A DNA stretch of 64,000 nucleotides from Micavibrio sp. (GTDB lineage Bacteria > Patescibacteriota > Minisyncoccia > Moranbacterales > GCA-2747515): contig DYDB01000005.1 of NCBI GenBank assembly GCA_020718085.1, positions 4,109 through 68,108 on the forward strand, given 5' to 3'. This document shows positions 48,570 through 58,135 of this stretch, one piece after another. The position numbers and the translations under genes are program-made. Position 1 is the first letter of the stretch; each line of letters starts with the position of its first letter. The notes beneath the pieces were generated by a model. That model was given only the letters and a program-made list of their open reading frames with translations. It ran no database searches and was not told where the DNA came from.

Positions 48570-49856
48570 ATGCACCAATTGACAGTGATTATTTGTGGCG
48601 CATTACTTGGTACGGCATTTTACTATTTGTGCATATATTTGCTTAAAGTAGAAAAAAATCGCACATTTGTACAAGAGAACAACTATCTACATCCAAATAG
48701 CATTTGCTACATACGTACCGTATTGGCATGGTGTGGATACATTGCGTACTTCTTTTATGGATGGCAGGCATGCGGTATCATCGTTTTTACATTTGCGGCA
48801 ATTCTTGACGGCGTTGACGGTCTTGTTGCGCGTCAATGCAATTTGATCACAAAAAAAGGCGAGTCTCTGGACCCGCTTTGTGACAAACTTACATACTTGC
48901 CGCCACTAATCAGTTTTGCATATGATGGTTTTTTGACCATCTGGCTCGTATGGTTGTTCGTTGCCCTGGAATTTTGTGGACAATTTTTTGCGCGCACATT
49001 GTTGGAAAAATTTGATCTTTCTGTATCAGCCAACAACTTTGGCAAGATCAAAACGATCATCAGCTTCATGCTTGTAATCCTTTGTGCACTTAGCGATGCA
49101 AACCCTCATTGGTTCAATATGAACGAAGAGATCTTGGTTTTATGCATACTTCTTGGCTGTGCATCTGTTGTTTTCAAATTTGTAAATCGATCGCTGTATG
49201 CAGATATTTTCTCAATCCTTAATATGATCAGTGGTGTTATCTCTATCATCCTGGCAGTATGTGGACACATCACATTTGCCGTACTTACAGTGGTAATCGG
49301 ACAACTGTTTCATTTGTTGGATGGATACGCCGCGAAAAAATTTGCCATCACGCGATTTAGTGATTCTCTTGATCATTTGGCAGACTTGATCAGCTTTGTT
49401 TTATGTCCATTGGTCATTGTGTCGGTTCGTTGTGGTGACATTGGTATACTACCGGCGTTTGTTTATCTATTATGTGCCGCATATCATGTTACCACACATA
49501 ATTCACACAATACTTCCACCGCTGTATTCACGGGTTTATCCCCAGCTGCTGGCACTATGTCAATTTTGGGCGCATGCTTGGCACTCAACACAACAGGCAT
49601 TGTTATTTTGACCATGCTCGTTTCCATATTGTTAGTAAGTCACATTCGTCTCATGTATTTTGGTGCAATGGTGCGTAAAAAAGCACCTCGACCCGTACTA
49701 TTCGTCGTGAGCGCAGCCATTTTGGTCATCCTTGCATATGTAGTAAAATCACAAGATGCCCAATCCCTTGGCTATTCCATGATCTTATGTACAACGATAT
49801 ATTTTGTGTGTAGTTTTTATTTGTCACGCACATATAAAAATATCGAGATGGCCTAA
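48570..49856 (+). CDS. CDP-alcohol phosphatidyltransferase family membrane protein with two copies of the catalytic motif
   Basis: 'DGVDGLVARQCNLITKKGESLDPLCDKL' matches D-G-x2-A-R...G-x3-D-x3-D. A second copy is 'DGYAAKKFAITRFSDSLDHLAD'. Confidence 0.6.
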   Translation: MHQLTVIICGALLGTAFYYLCIYLLKVEKNRTFVQENNYLHPNSICYIRTVLAWCGYIAYFFYGWQACGIIVFTFAAILDGVDGLVARQCNLITKKGESLDPLCDKLTYLPPLISFAYDGFLTIWLVWLFVALEFCGQFFARTLLEKFDLSVSANNFGKIKTIISFMLVILCALSDANPHWFNMNEEILVLCILLGCASVVFKFVNRSLYADIFSILNMISGVISIILAVCGHITFAVLTVVIGQLFHLLDGYAAKKFAITRFSDSLDHLADLISFVLCPLVIVSVRCGDIGILPAFVYLLCAAYHVTTHNSHNTSTAVFTGLSPAAGTMSILGACLALNTTGIVILTMLVSILLVSHIRLMYFGAMVRKKAPRPVLFVVSAAILVILAYVVKSQDAQSLGYSMILCTTIYFVCSFYLSRTYKNIEMA

Positions 49857-49878
49857 AGTTTCTCAACCTTTCCCCATG

Positions 49879-49917
49879 CCCCCTATCACAATAATTGTGA
49901 TAGGGGGCATTTAAATA
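49879..49917 (+). terminator. Strong intrinsic terminator (gccccctatcacaat aa ttgtgatagggggc followed by atttaaat)
   Basis: 14-bp perfect stem. Confidence 0.7.
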
Positions 49918-49993
49918 ACCGTTGCCAAAAATGAAAAAAAATGTGAAGATATGCACATATCTTTCTTAAATTAAATTATTATCATTTTTCTCT

Positions 49994-50692
49994 ATGTCAG
50001 GACATAATAAATGGTCAGGTATTAAACATCGTAAGGAAGCGCAGGATGCAAAACGTTCCAAAGTTTTCACGCGTATCGCTAAAGCTATTGCTGTTGCAGT
50101 ACAAGATGGCGGTCCGGATGTTGCAACCAACAACTCTTTACGAATTGCAATTGATCAAGCGCGCAAGGCAAATATGCCAAAGGAAAATATTGATCGCGCG
50201 ATCAAACGTGGCAGTGGTGCCGATGGCACACGCATCGAAGAGGTTGTTTATGAGGCAATGGGGCCCGGCGGTGTGGCAATGATGATCGCCTGTGCCACAG
50301 ACAACACCAATCGCACACTTACAGAAATAAAAACGATTCTCAAAAAAAATAATGGAAAATTTGTTCCTAGTGGCAGCGTTGCATTTCAGTTTGATTATGT
50401 TGGATATATCACAACAATTCCGAAAGATCGTGATGAAGCAGAAATGATCGCGATTGAAGCTGGTGCGGACGATGTTTTTATTGAGGATGACAGCGTTGTG
50501 ATCATTACAAAGCCACAAAATTTACATGCCGTACTTGCACAAATCACAGATGACATCACCGAAGCAAAACTTGTATACAACCCAACTCAAACCGTTCAAT
50601 TAAACGATGCAGACAGAGGGGTTTACGAGGCACTATATGATCTTTTGGATGGATCAGATGATGTTGTGGAGATCTTTGACAACATTGCTTAA
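49994..50692 (+). CDS. yebC: YebC/PmpR family DNA-binding transcriptional regulator
   Basis: N-terminus 'MSGHNKWSGIKHRKEAQDAKRSKVFTRIAKAI'. Confidence 0.9.
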   Translation: MSGHNKWSGIKHRKEAQDAKRSKVFTRIAKAIAVAVQDGGPDVATNNSLRIAIDQARKANMPKENIDRAIKRGSGADGTRIEEVVYEAMGPGGVAMMIACATDNTNRTLTEIKTILKKNNGKFVPSGSVAFQFDYVGYITTIPKDRDEAEMIAIEAGADDVFIEDDSVVIITKPQNLHAVLAQITDDITEAKLVYNPTQTVQLNDADRGVYEALYDLLDGSDDVVEIFDNIA

Positions 50693-50723
50693 AAATGCTA
50701 TACTCATCAGTTAAAACAAAATT

Positions 50724-51236
50724 ATGGTTCGTATATTAGGTATAGATCCTGGAACGGCAATTGTGGGATGGGGTGTGATTGATTATAATTCGCAAAAACT
50801 CTCCAGCGCAGTTGTTGCATATGGTCACATTGAAACACCCGCGACACTTACTGACGCTGCACGTCTTGATGAAATTCATTCCGGCATCATTGATCTGATC
50901 AAAACATACAAGCCACAAGAAGCTGGGATTGAAGCGTTGTTTTATTTTAAAAATGCAAAGACTGTGATCACGGTTGCACAGGCACGTGGTGTAATTTTGC
51001 ACACCTGTTATAGACATCACCTTATCATTGGAGAATACACGCCTCTGCAAATAAAACAATCATTAACAGGTTATGGTCGCGCCAATAAAAATCAAATGCA
51101 GGAAATGATCAAAAACGTGTTAAAATTAAAAAAGATACCAGAGCCTGATGACACAGCTGATGCACTCGCTGTTGCAATCTGTCATAGTAATTCTCGCAAG
51201 TATTTACAAACCATTAAATCTCGCATTTATGCCTGA
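50724..51236 (+). CDS. ruvC: Crossover junction endodeoxyribonuclease RuvC
   Basis: 'ILGIDPGTAIVGWGV' carries the catalytic Asp. Size 170 aa. Follows yebC. Confidence 0.9.
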   Translation: MVRILGIDPGTAIVGWGVIDYNSQKLSSAVVAYGHIETPATLTDAARLDEIHSGIIDLIKTYKPQEAGIEALFYFKNAKTVITVAQARGVILHTCYRHHLIIGEYTPLQIKQSLTGYGRANKNQMQEMIKNVLKLKKIPEPDDTADALAVAICHSNSRKYLQTIKSRIYA

Positions 51237-51921
51237 ACTATATTACAATCCGTTGATCAATTTTCTTCTCATGCAACACGTTGATATTTCCACAATCACC
51301 CTTCTTTTACTTTTTCCTGTAATCGTGACAGTTGTGGTAGTTTTGCGTCAAATTGTCGGCATTCAAGCTTTTGGTATTTATACACCATCAATCATCACAC
51401 TTGCATTCGTCTTTATTGGACAACAGCGCTGGTCGGATATCAAATATGCCATCATGGTCTATGTCACAGTGCTTTGTGTTGGCATGATGATGCGCTATGT
51501 GCTCAAAAAACTTAGACTTCTTTACTTACCACGCGTTGCCATAACCCTTACAGTTGTATCCTTTTCTGTTTTGGCAATTCTTGCTTTTGGCGGCAGCATG
51601 GGTCGCACAGGATTTGCATCAGCTCCCATTTTTCCCATTCTCATCATCATCATGCTAGTAGAAAAATTTGTAACTGTGCAAATCGAAAAAGGTTCGCGCA
51701 CAGCAATTATTCTTGCTGTTGAAACACTTTTTATCGCATTGGTGGGATATACAATTCTTTCTCCTACGACGATCATTGGTAAAACATTTATCAGCTTTAC
51801 CCTTATTCATACATGGGTTGTTCTCCTCATTATCCCAATCAACCTCTTCATCGGAAAATGGACCGGCTTGCGTCTTAGTGAGTATTTGCGTTTCCGAGAC
51901 GTTATCAAAAAAATTCAATAA
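51229..51921 (+). CDS. Polytopic (roughly 7-TM) membrane protein, first gene of the ATP-grasp cluster
   Basis: Six to seven hydrophobic helices. The ATG at 51229 is translationally coupled to the ruvC stop. The ORF-track start at 51148 overlaps ruvC. Confidence 0.55.
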   Translation: MPELYYNPLINFLLMQHVDISTITLLLLFPVIVTVVVVLRQIVGIQAFGIYTPSIITLAFVFIGQQRWSDIKYAIMVYVTVLCVGMMMRYVLKKLRLLYLPRVAITLTVVSFSVLAILAFGGSMGRTGFASAPIFPILIIIMLVEKFVTVQIEKGSRTAIILAVETLFIALVGYTILSPTTIIGKTFISFTLIHTWVVLLIIPINLFIGKWTGLRLSEYLRFRDVIKKIQ

Positions 51922-51932
51922 TATTTGCGCTC

Positions 51933-53342
51933 ATGTTTATGTTGTTTTCCGCAAGCAAAAAGATTCTCGGGATGAATGCACGCAATCTCACCTACATTCG
52001 TCCAAATAATCGCAAAAAAGCGAAACGCCTTGCCGATGAAAAAATTACATCAAAGAAATTGCTCAAAAAAGCGGGAGTGCCTGTTCCGCGACTGATCGCA
52101 CAAATTTCTTCCCGTCGAACTTTGGAAAATTTTGACTGGACTATTCTTCCACCAAGCTTTGTACTTAAACCGAATCGCGGTTTGGGTGGTGATGGCATTA
52201 TTGTGGTATATGGTAGAAAAAAAGGTTCTACAGATACATGGGTGAGATCCAATGGCAAGCCAATCACGATCACAGATCTCAAAATGCACATCGGACATAT
52301 TCTTGATGGTGAATTTTCTCTTTCGGGCACACCGGACTTTGCTTTTTTTGAAGAACGTCTTAAACTTTCCAAAGAATTTCGCCCCTATGCCTACAGAGGA
52401 ATACCAGATATTCGTGTGATCGTTTATAATAAAGTTCCTGTCATGGCAATGTTGCGACTTCCGACAAAGGAGTCCGATGGAAAAGCAAATCTCCAACAAG
52501 GAGGAATAGGCGTGGGAATTGATATGGCTCGTGGTATCACTACAACGGCGGTGCAGGGGAAGTCACGCATTGTGGAGTACGTACCTGACACGCGACTTTT
52601 GCTTTCTGGTATTAAAATTCCTTATTGGGATGAGATTCTTCATCTTGCCATTAAATCACAAATCGCTTCGGGACTTGGTTATCTCGGTGCAGATATTGCG
52701 ATCGATCGTGACAATGGGCCAGTAATACTTGAACTTAATGCACGACCAGGTCTTTCCATTCAAGTTGCAAATCTCGCTGGACTTAAACGTCGTCTTGAGC
52801 GTGTAGAGGGACTCAAAATCAATACCATTGCTCGAGGCATTGCTGTTGGTAAAAATCTTTTTGGCGGTGAGATCGAAGAAGAACTTGAAAGTGTTTCAGG
52901 GAAAAGCGTCATCGGTCCAGTGGAAAAAGTTGAGATCATTGGCATCGCAAATAAAAAGATAACCACACAAGCAAAGATCGACACTGGCGCATATTCCACA
53001 TCAATCGACACTGAGCTTGCCCGTGAACTTGGCTTTGGACCAACAATTGATTCATTTGCCAAGATCGACCTCACGGAGTTTGGAGAAGTCACTGAAAAAG
53101 GCCTCGGGATAGGCAAAAAGATTGAAAAAAAATATGGTAGTCGCATCCCTCATCTCATTGAAACATCCGTAACATGGTCTTCCAGCGGCGTCACAATTCG
53201 TCCGATCGTAAAACTCACATTTGTCATGGACAAAAAATCCATCACAACAAAAGTGAACATCGTGGATCGCAGCGACCTAAAATACAATATGATCATCGGT
53301 AAAAGAAACCTTGGAAAATTTCTTGTAGATGTCAGTAAATAA
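51933..53342 (+). CDS. ATP-grasp ligase (alpha-L-glutamate-ligase-related / RimK-like) fused to a C-terminal retropepsin-like (DUF785/RimB-type) domain
   Basis: The N-terminus 'LGMNARNLTYIRPNN...LLKKAGVPVP...FVLKPNRGLGGDGIIVV' has an ATP-grasp core. The C-terminus 'QAKIDTGAYSTSI' is a D-T/S-G-A aspartic-protease-like motif. Confidence 0.7.
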   Translation: MFMLFSASKKILGMNARNLTYIRPNNRKKAKRLADEKITSKKLLKKAGVPVPRLIAQISSRRTLENFDWTILPPSFVLKPNRGLGGDGIIVVYGRKKGSTDTWVRSNGKPITITDLKMHIGHILDGEFSLSGTPDFAFFEERLKLSKEFRPYAYRGIPDIRVIVYNKVPVMAMLRLPTKESDGKANLQQGGIGVGIDMARGITTTAVQGKSRIVEYVPDTRLLLSGIKIPYWDEILHLAIKSQIASGLGYLGADIAIDRDNGPVILELNARPGLSIQVANLAGLKRRLERVEGLKINTIARGIAVGKNLFGGEIEEELESVSGKSVIGPVEKVEIIGIANKKITTQAKIDTGAYSTSIDTELARELGFGPTIDSFAKIDLTEFGEVTEKGLGIGKKIEKKYGSRIPHLIETSVTWSSSGVTIRPIVKLTFVMDKKSITTKVNIVDRSDLKYNMIIGKRNLGKFLVDVSK

Positions 53343-53450
53343 AAGATCATTTTTTTAGACACATATCCTGTGATGTGTCCAATCTGTCATATGTAGACAT
53401 AATCGACACTTCTCTTTTTTACTACTGATATATTTTTATACACACTTTTT

Positions 53451-54338
53451 ATGAAAATTGCATATTTTGGATACAAAAAAGAGAGTTATGCTCCCAAAAC
53501 CATTATCGACTTTTGTAAAAAAAATGGTCACAAAATTACATTTTTCAATGTTGATGATCTACTTTTCTGTAATGGCACCCTAACTAAAAATTTATCACCC
53601 TTAAATTTAGATGATTTTGATGCAGCAATTATCCGTAGTCATGGAAGAGTGACCGATGATACCTATCAAGAAAATTTTGTTTTTACATATCACATAAATA
53701 AGTTACTGCATGATCACTCCATCCCAACGATCAATGGCGCCTTTTTTATTAAAAATCCCTTTTTTGATAAGTTCTCACAATCCCTTTTTTTCGCCCAAAG
53801 AGATATTCCGACAATTCCGACAATCTACAGCGCGTCACCATCTAAACTGCAAAGGAAACATATTCCTTGGGACTTTCCTCTGATCATAAAGGAGATCAAT
53901 GGCTCTTTTGGCTTATCTGTACACAAAATCGATATGTACACAGATTTGGCCATCTGGACTAAAAAAAATCCACATGCACAGATCATTCTACAACAGTTTA
54001 TTCCAGCCACATGTGATTATCGCGTGATCGTTTGTGGAAAAAAAGCGCTAGGCATCATGAGAAGATCCAGCATATCAAATGGATGGAAGCATAATTTTTC
54101 CCAAGGTGCTACAATAGAGGCATACTCTGATGAGCGCATGTCCAAATTTGCCGAACATGTGGCACAAAAATTGCACTGTGATTTTGTTGGTGTGGATATT
54201 ATCGTTGATCAGAAAGGAAATTATTTGGTTGTTGAAATAAACTTATCTGCAAATTTTAAGGGCTTTGAAAAAATTCATGCCAAATATCTTGTAGGAAAAA
54301 ACATTATTGAAACACTTGCTCAAAAAAAAATTTATTAA
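53451..54338 (+). CDS. RimK-like ATP-grasp ligase
   Basis: 'PLIIKEINGSFGLSVHK' matches the K...G.G ATP-grasp motif. Size and layout are RimK-like. Confidence 0.7.
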   Translation: MKIAYFGYKKESYAPKTIIDFCKKNGHKITFFNVDDLLFCNGTLTKNLSPLNLDDFDAAIIRSHGRVTDDTYQENFVFTYHINKLLHDHSIPTINGAFFIKNPFFDKFSQSLFFAQRDIPTIPTIYSASPSKLQRKHIPWDFPLIIKEINGSFGLSVHKIDMYTDLAIWTKKNPHAQIILQQFIPATCDYRVIVCGKKALGIMRRSSISNGWKHNFSQGATIEAYSDERMSKFAEHVAQKLHCDFVGVDIIVDQKGNYLVVEINLSANFKGFEKIHAKYLVGKNIIETLAQKKIY

Positions 54339-54348
54339 GATCATCTCT

Positions 54349-55209
54349 ATGAAAAGATCATTTGCTATTATTGGACCAAAAAGATCACAAAATACCATGG
54401 ATCTTCATAATGAGATCGAAAAACGTGGACATGCCTGCACTATATACACTATCAATGATATATCCGTCAATACACAAAATTATGCTTTGCACCCGTTTTT
54501 TTCTCATGATATTTATTTATTCCGCGGGTACAATAGATCAATTGGTTTTGCACGATCACTTGCCACAATACTCCATTCACTTCATAAAACAGTTATAGAT
54601 AACATTCTGTATACATCGACCCTGAGCAATAAATTTCAAGAATCCATTCTATTAAAAGAAAGAAATATACCACAACCACCAACATATTATGCTTGCTCTT
54701 CGCAACAATGGGAGTTTATTTTGAAAGACATCTCCTTTCCTCTTGTTGTAAAACCCATAAATGGTCAACAGGGACAGGGTATTCACAAATGCTTTACAAT
54801 GGAAGAAGTGCTTGATGTTGTCAAAAGTGATGAAAAAAACTTCATTGCACAAGAATTTTTACCCGCTGATGGAGATGTGCGCATTTTCATAGTCGATCAA
54901 GAGATATTGGGAGCAATAAAACGATTTATCATACCAGGTGATTTCAGATCAAATGCTTCGCTAGGCGCTCGTACCGAAACATATCATTTGTCATCAAAAG
55001 AAAAAGAAATTGCCTTAGCTGCTCATAAGGCATTGGGATATAATGTTTCCGGTGTTGATATGATCATTTCACATGATAAACAGTACATATTAGAGGTGAA
55101 CCACACACCGCAGTGGCAAGCATTTAAGAGAACGACAGACATACATCCGGAACCACATATAATCAATTTTGCATTACACCAATATGAAAAAGAAAATCGG
55201 CTTCAATAA
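54349..55209 (+). CDS. RimK-like ATP-grasp ligase
   Basis: 'PLVVKPINGQQGQGI' and 'GDFRSNASLGARTE' closely parallel E. coli RimK 'PLVVKLVEGTQGIGV' and 'GDFRSNLHRGG'. 'LEVNHTPQW' is also present. The ORF-track start at 54307 overlaps the previous gene, so Met 54349 is preferred. Confidence 0.8.
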   Translation: MKRSFAIIGPKRSQNTMDLHNEIEKRGHACTIYTINDISVNTQNYALHPFFSHDIYLFRGYNRSIGFARSLATILHSLHKTVIDNILYTSTLSNKFQESILLKERNIPQPPTYYACSSQQWEFILKDISFPLVVKPINGQQGQGIHKCFTMEEVLDVVKSDEKNFIAQEFLPADGDVRIFIVDQEILGAIKRFIIPGDFRSNASLGARTETYHLSSKEKEIALAAHKALGYNVSGVDMIISHDKQYILEVNHTPQWQAFKRTTDIHPEPHIINFALHQYEKENRLQ

Positions 55210-56119
55210 AAAAATACAAGGCATTTTTGATGCACAAATGATCTTGCAGATAAAGGAATCTCTATCAAAAAAAATTGATTGCGAGATAATAGATGTTGAT
55301 TTTCGTGAGGGGGTCATCATAAATGATCGCGTTTTTGTCAACGATATATGTCTTAATGACTTGGACCTATATTTTTGGCATGATACCGTTTACCCTCGTG
55401 TGTGGGGTGCTGACAATCACTTTTTGCACATTTTATCCGTATTGGAAAAAACTACTCCAGTTGTAAACTCAAGTAATAGCACGCGCATTGTAAATGACAA
55501 ATTTCTCGCACATTCCGCTCTCAAAAACGCTCATATTCCCGTGGGGGATTTTGCACTCGTACGAGCTGACGATACACAAAATCTTCGTCGTATTTTTTCA
55601 CTATTTAACAACGATGTCCTCCTAAAACCACGCTTCGGTGGCTGGGGAATCGGTATCGCACGCGCCACAAAAATTGACGAGCTTCTGAGCACTGTAGAAT
55701 ATATGATGAGTTTTGTACCGAGATCACATCAATCCATTCTGATTGAAAAATTTCACAAAAATGATCTTTCCAAGTGGATATCTGTTGCACTATTTGGAGA
55801 TAAGATCCTCTTTGGTTATAGAAAACAGCTCATGGGAGATGCCGACTGGAAGATCTACGACCCAAAAAAGATCGACGGAAAAGGTTTGCTTTCCACATTT
55901 ATCGATCCTCCACAAGAAGCAAAAAATATCGTTCTGGCCGCACAAAAAGCAATCGGAAAAGACATTATCGGATTTGATCTCATTTACACAGAAGATGGCT
56001 ATAAGATCATCGATGAGAATGGGCGTCCCGGTTTATATAAAAATTGCATCGATACTGCAGGAATTGATATAGCCTCTGAAATAACAGTGCTTGTAGAGAA
56101 AAAATTTGACCAAATATAA
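55169..56119 (+). CDS. ATP-grasp ligase, divergent fourth paralog
   Basis: 'LLKPRFGGWGIGIARA' is the ATP-grasp K...G.G motif. 'IGFDLIYTEDGYKIIDENGRPG' is also present. Confidence 0.65.
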   Translation: MHYTNMKKKIGFNKKIQGIFDAQMILQIKESLSKKIDCEIIDVDFREGVIINDRVFVNDICLNDLDLYFWHDTVYPRVWGADNHFLHILSVLEKTTPVVNSSNSTRIVNDKFLAHSALKNAHIPVGDFALVRADDTQNLRRIFSLFNNDVLLKPRFGGWGIGIARATKIDELLSTVEYMMSFVPRSHQSILIEKFHKNDLSKWISVALFGDKILFGYRKQLMGDADWKIYDPKKIDGKGLLSTFIDPPQEAKNIVLAAQKAIGKDIIGFDLIYTEDGYKIIDENGRPGLYKNCIDTAGIDIASEITVLVEKKFDQI

Positions 56120-56131
56120 AACTGTTTACTA

Positions 56132-57991
56132 CTATATATTTTCCAAAGATGCTTCCTCCGAAGCATCTTTTTGTTCTTTGAGAAGATATTGATCTTTAAT
56201 CCGATCCCATATTGCAAAAACATGTTTTTGTGCCGTCTGAATTTCTCCTGTATCCATAAGGCCAATCTCTAGAAGCGTAGTAAGAGTGGAGAGATTCATA
56301 CCGGAAAAAAATAAATATTTTTCCAAACCTTTTTCTTGTAGTTTTCGTGCGAGCATAATTTGTTCAAGATATGCCGTATCTTTGCTTTTTGTAAGATGTG
56401 CTGATGATAAACTAAGATCAGCACTATGGCGAAAGAGTCGTTTTGCACGAGCTATCGCCAATCGTATTTGTTCTCTATTTTGTTTTTCGAACTCATCATC
56501 AGATATTTGATTCATTTTCTTCTTCTGAAGCAAAGTGTGTGCACTACTATCATAAGATGCCTTTACACAGTCCATATAGTTACCACCTTCCATTTTTTTG
56601 ATCATTGCACGTACATAATGCGGATTCCCGAGTGACCCTGTGCCAAATATTTCTCGCGCGACATGATCCTGCAACAACATTGCTCCGCCTTCGGCAAAAA
56701 CACTGGAGCGATCCCCTTTGATCTTTTTAAAAAGTCGTAGCGGTATTTTGGAGCTATTGATCGATTGAAGGACATGCCCGATTTCGTGACCGAGCGCTAC
56801 TGTCATCGTATGATAAATATCCTTATTTTTTGTATCAGATTTGATAACTTTTTGTTTTCCATCTATGCTCATGGATTTATAACTATCCTTTGCAATAAAT
56901 TGCCATTTATCGTCCGGCGCCGCACCACTGCGCTTAGCATCATATGTTTCCGGACCGTATGCACTTTTAAGTCCGTACATTTCCAAAAGCTCATTAATGA
57001 GAGTTGTGATTTTCTCAATCGACATATCTTTTGCAAAAACCTTTTCCGGGTCATAGCCTTTTTCCACAATTTTCTGATATTTTTCACTATTACTGCGTTC
57101 ATATTCCACGGAAATCTGCTCGGCGAAACTTTTTAACGTATCACTAATTTGTACACGTTCCCCCTCTGTATAATTCTTATCAGCACCATGGATAAATTTA
57201 TCTCTCCGTGAAAGATTTTTTTGCACATTTTGCATGCCCTTTTGCATTTTTAACAACTCTTTTTCTTCCTCCGTCAATAGATCCTCACCAATAGTTTGCA
57301 TCAGATCCACAACAAGTGAGCTATCAAAAAAATCTTCCGTCAATATCTGATTGTATTTTTTTCTGTATAATTCAATGATCTTTTTCTTCGCAAGATCACA
57401 TTGACTCATATTGCTCAAAGATGCATTGATTTTTTTTACATCATTTTTAAATACTGTTAATTCTGCAATTTTGCCCGCCAATTTTTCTGGCGTTAATAGC
57501 ACATCAATACCTCGCGGATTTGGAATTTCTTTTATATCAATAGTATTTAGTTCATCATTGCGCACAGATAATTGATGCAATAGCATCTCATCATAATATT
57601 TCACAGAAAGCGCTGCGAGGCTTTTTAGATCATCATATTTAACCTGCCGCAAAACATCCCTGTTCAAAAATAGTGTCTTTTTAATATCCTGTTCATTATC
57701 CATATCTGACAAAGTCACACCTGTCACTTGCTCAAATTTGTCACGCCCTTGTGACGTTAAAAAATATTCCACATAAAATGTCACTTTTTGCACTGTGATA
57801 TCGGTAATTTTTTCGAAACGTTTTCCAAGAGCATCCTCAAAATCAAGTATTTCTTCTCGTTCTTGCTCTGACAATCTCATCGGTTGAATCAATTTTCTTT
57901 CAAACCCGTCAACAATATCAACTTGTTCATCAAGGCGATCGAACATACGCTGTGGATATAAAGACTGTTTTTCTATTGACCCCTGTTCCAT
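56132..57991 (-). CDS. DUF1704-like zincin metallopeptidase (HExxH), MATCAP/KIAA0895-like. Convergent with the ATP-grasp genes.
   Basis: 'ALGHEIGHVLQ' is HExxH. The downstream 'FAEGGAMLLQ' is an xEGxA motif. Size 619 aa. Confidence 0.6.
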   Translation of the reverse strand: MEQGSIEKQSLYPQRMFDRLDEQVDIVDGFERKLIQPMRLSEQEREEILDFEDALGKRFEKITDITVQKVTFYVEYFLTSQGRDKFEQVTGVTLSDMDNEQDIKKTLFLNRDVLRQVKYDDLKSLAALSVKYYDEMLLHQLSVRNDELNTIDIKEIPNPRGIDVLLTPEKLAGKIAELTVFKNDVKKINASLSNMSQCDLAKKKIIELYRKKYNQILTEDFFDSSLVVDLMQTIGEDLLTEEEKELLKMQKGMQNVQKNLSRRDKFIHGADKNYTEGERVQISDTLKSFAEQISVEYERSNSEKYQKIVEKGYDPEKVFAKDMSIEKITTLINELLEMYGLKSAYGPETYDAKRSGAAPDDKWQFIAKDSYKSMSIDGKQKVIKSDTKNKDIYHTMTVALGHEIGHVLQSINSSKIPLRLFKKIKGDRSSVFAEGGAMLLQDHVAREIFGTGSLGNPHYVRAMIKKMEGGNYMDCVKASYDSSAHTLLQKKKMNQISDDEFEKQNREQIRLAIARAKRLFRHSADLSLSSAHLTKSKDTAYLEQIMLARKLQEKGLEKYLFFSGMNLSTLTTLLEIGLMDTGEIQTAQKHVFAIWDRIKDQYLLKEQKDASEEASLENI

Positions 57992-58135
57992 ATTGTGTAA
58001 ATTATTTTTTACGAAAAGAAATTTGCGCTTATTATAACACGATCACATAATAATGCTTTACAAAAAGGCTTTTTTTCTTTATAATACATTAACTTCGTTT
58101 TCAAAAACACAATAAAGAGTGTATGATAAAACCAT

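Noticed and set aside
53358-53379. Hairpin 'gacacatatcctgtgatgtgtc' after the first ATP-grasp gene, as a terminator
   Set aside because: The stem is present but there is no downstream T-run. Not called as an intrinsic terminator. It may be a weak pause or processing site.
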